A DNA stretch of 64,000 nt, taken from assembly GCA_951406725.2 (NCBI GenBank), contig OX597823.1, positions 104,408,001 to 104,472,000 on the forward strand, written 5' to 3'. Origin of the DNA: Octopus vulgaris (lineage: Eukaryota). Below, piece by piece: positions 61,800 to 64,000 of this stretch (position 1 is the first letter of the stretch; every line of letters begins with the position of its first letter). The translations under genes and the position numbers were made by a program. The notes beneath the pieces were generated by a model, which was given only the letters and a program-made list of their open reading frames with translations, made no database searches and was not told the DNA's origin.

Positions 61800-61830
61800 A
61801 TAGAAAACATTTGTCCAGGATTGAACTCAA
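59998..61830 (-). CDS. RTE LINE reverse transcriptase with embedded PHD-like finger (stop-free but N-terminally truncated; annotated Met lies in the flank)
   Basis: 610-aa ORF with all RT motifs; C4HC3 at 60649-60780. Confidence 0.85.
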   Translation of the reverse strand: MSSILDKCFLLGEKCVRKDDGSLALNEDAKRGCKERLLNEENEWDKESLPNVDPTEGPAIRVDSSVVAKAIRSMKTGKAPGPSGITAEMLEISGSVGYSIVTSIVNQVIHEGVIPNDWCSSIIVNCYKGKGDALDTNNYRGIKLLDQVMKVTERVIAQLIRERVSLDDMQFGFVPGKSTTDAIFLVRQLQEKYLAKGKPLYLAFVDLEKAFDRVPRSLIWWSMRKLGIDEWLVRAVRAMYRDAASKVRVGNEYSEEFWVEVGVHQGSVLSPLLFIIVLQAITEEFKTGCPWELIYADDLALIAESLSELEKFQVWKQGLESKGLRINLAKSKVLISRKVDQPQTTSGRWPCSICKKGVGRNSIRCTKCKLWTHKRCSNVKGRLTGKIVFVCGRCSGEINTGNVQRPTSTTFQGDKLEVVDSFRYLGDQVSSGGGCAESVTARVRIAWAKFRELLPLLVTKGLSLRVKGRLYDACVRTAMLHGSETWAVTAEDMRKLARNEASMLRWMCNVSVHNRQSVSTLREKLNLRSVSCGVQERRLRWYGHMTKMAEDSCVQKCYTLAVEGTCGRGRPRKTWDEVVKHDLRTLCLTKEMTRDRDLWKYAVREKTRQD

Positions 61831-63345
61831 AATTATGTGGTTGTGAGCTTCTTAACCAAACAGCTATGCTTGCGCACACACACACACAGAGGATAGGCTT
61901 TTGAAAATAGGTGAATTAACTGAGTAGCATATTTCCTCATCCATATGATGTTGAAAAGTCAAAAGAGCTCAGTTAAGAAGTTTGATTGTGTGTCTTGCAG
62001 CCCTCTACCTTTCTCAACTCATGCATCATAGGGCACCTGCTACCCTTTAACCACCTTTTAGCCCAACCATTAGAGTTGTCTACCTCACCTCCTTTCTCCT
62101 ATTTCCCTATCTCTTGCAGACCTTCAGCCACCCAAAGTCCGCGTTCCTTTGCTCCCACACTTACACTCACCTCATCACAACTATTTTTTCACAGCTTTGT
62201 AGCTTCTCTGCAAGAACCTGCTCTCCTCCACCTTCTTTTATACTTTAATCCCTCATTTTCTATCACAGCTGACCCTTACTCCTGCAGGCTTGTTGTCTTG
62301 CAAGCTGCATGACAATCTTACAAGTGCCAGTGACGCACAAGAAAGAAGAAGGAATGCTGTAAAGTGGTTGGCATTAGGAAGGGTAAACAGCTACAGAAAC
62401 ATTGCCAAAATAGACACTGGAGTATGACAGTCCTTGAACCCAGATTCTGTCAAACCATCCACCCCAAGCTATAATGATGATTATAGATAGAGCTACACTA
62501 GACAAAAGTTTTGTCATAGCAAAGATATATTTAATATTGTTTACTTTTTGTTTCAAGGTCATCAGTATAGCATTTGTGGAAAGAAGCACAATGGAAGTAT
62601 CTAACACTTCAGGTCACTTGAATGAAATAGAATTACTACTTTAGGTTTTGGCATTGTATTGACTTTACCAACAAAATTCATCTATCTTTAATACTGTCAC
62701 TTTGAGTAGGGTCACTTAGGAAGTTTGGAAGAGGCTGTCAGATGAACCAAAATGTGAAATGCTAAGGAACCTAACTATTATTTCTATTGAGGGCTATGTT
62801 ACAGGATATCAAAGTAAAAGAGGTGAAGTATTTACATGCATTAAATAAATCCCAGATTGAACGAAGGAGTTGAACAAAAAAGAAAAATTTATAGACGGAA
62901 AATAAGACATGAGAAATAACACTTGATGTTTTAATTATGATCATTAAAATGGCCTCTGTTTCTGTTAGGGTCATTTATACGTCTCATTCTTTTGGATTGA
63001 TATAATTAATTAAACAATCTCTCCAAACATTTGTGGTCTTTGCGCAGGTGTTAAAGATCATTATTAAAGTAAACTACTGAACAAATATATGCATCACAAT
63101 GCATATTTATGCTCCGAATTCATATCCTGCTTGGTGCACTTTGCTTTTCATCCTCTCTTTCACTTTTATTTTTTGAGAGTATCACGAACTAGCATTAATA
63201 ATTTGTGGCCTTGAGGCTAACTTGAAAATCGCTTAATAAAACTGTTCCAATTTATTTTATATACAGGAATTTTGTGTTGGTGTTGGGCGTTGCATACTTA
63301 TAGAACCATCTAAACTGTAATCCTGCAAATTGTAGTTTCAGTTTA

Positions 63346-63502
63346 TCATCATCATCGTTTAACGTCCGTTTTCCATGCTAGCATGGGTTGGACGATTTGA
63401 CTGAGGGCTGGCGAACCAGGTGGCTGCACCAGGCTCCAATCTTGATTTGGCAGAGTTTCTACAGCAGGATGCCCTTCCAAATGCCAACCACTCCGAGAGT
63501 GC
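63346..63502 (-). mobile_element. RTE LINE 3' tail
   Basis: (atc)n gtttaacgtccgttttccatgctagcatgggttggacg..ggatgcccttcc. Confidence 0.88.
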
Positions 63503-63566
63503 TTGTATTTATTGCTTATATTTATAAGCAATGGATTGCCATTTACTGATAATTCCTTATATAGAT

Positions 63567-63770
63567 AGGCACAAGAATATCTGTGCAGTTAAGAAGCCTG
63601 CTTCCTAGTCCATATGGTTGTGGGTTGTCGCCACTGCATGACATCTTGGACATGTGCAATCTACTATAGCTTCAAGCCAACCAAAGCCGTGTGAGTGGAT
63701 TTGGTAGATGAAACCTGGGAAAAGCCCATAGCATATGTATGTGTGCATGTGCATTTGTCCACGTTTGCAT
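63567..63770 (+). mobile_element. Degenerate SINE family A head
   Basis: ccactgcatgacatcttggacatgtg..ccaaagccgtgtgagtggatttggtaga. Confidence 0.75.
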
Positions 63771-64000
63771 TTTCCCAAAGAGTGCTTACGACAGATTATC
63801 CACTAACTTTGCACCTTCAAAGACGTAGAATAATGCATTCCTTATTTGACAAATAGGTAAAGACTTCTGGTTGCTAAACAATGTCTCAATAATACGATCA
63901 TTTTAACCTATGCTAGCACGAGAAAAATAAGATATAAAAACAAATGAAATTTACCTGTAGTGCAGCCCTCTGCGCGGGAGTCATTGGAGCAGCATCATAG

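Noticed and set aside
59998-61830. Autonomous, active LINE copy
   Set aside because: It lacks the 5'UTR and endonuclease, has small in-frame deletions, and the annotated start lies outside the element.
60587-61846. Antisense ORFs over the LINE (also 28125-28679)
   Set aside because: Shadow frames of the RT coding strand with no independent evidence.

Overview
This is eukaryotic, AT-rich, non-genic DNA almost entirely tiled by transposable elements and microsatellites. The repeat families (tRNA-headed CORE-/Nin-type SINEs, RTE LINEs with (GAT)n tails, abundant (TA)n/(CA)n/(ATC)n) look like an octopus/cephalopod intron or intergenic region; that assignment is an inference. I found no host protein-coding exon, rRNA, true tRNA gene or CRISPR array that I can support, and most ORFs in the track are microsatellite or SINE read-throughs. 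Recognisable elements: three 5'-truncated copies of an RTE LINE whose reverse transcriptase contains an in-frame C4HC3 PHD-like finger, two Gypsy-type LTR remnants, Penelope-like (GIY-YIG) fragments, mariner/Tc1, hAT, piggyBac-type MITEs, non-autonomous Helitrons, CR1/Tx1/R4 LINE tails, and a 2.5-kb 63/53-bp satellite with palindromic units. The most notable items are a cluster of minimal hammerhead-ribozyme-like motifs in (TA)n-embedded fragments, the PHD-in-RT LINE, a four-layer nested insertion at 53.5-56.8 kb, and the satellite, which appears to have expanded inside a MITE. All alignments were done by eye and boundaries of degenerate elements are approximate.
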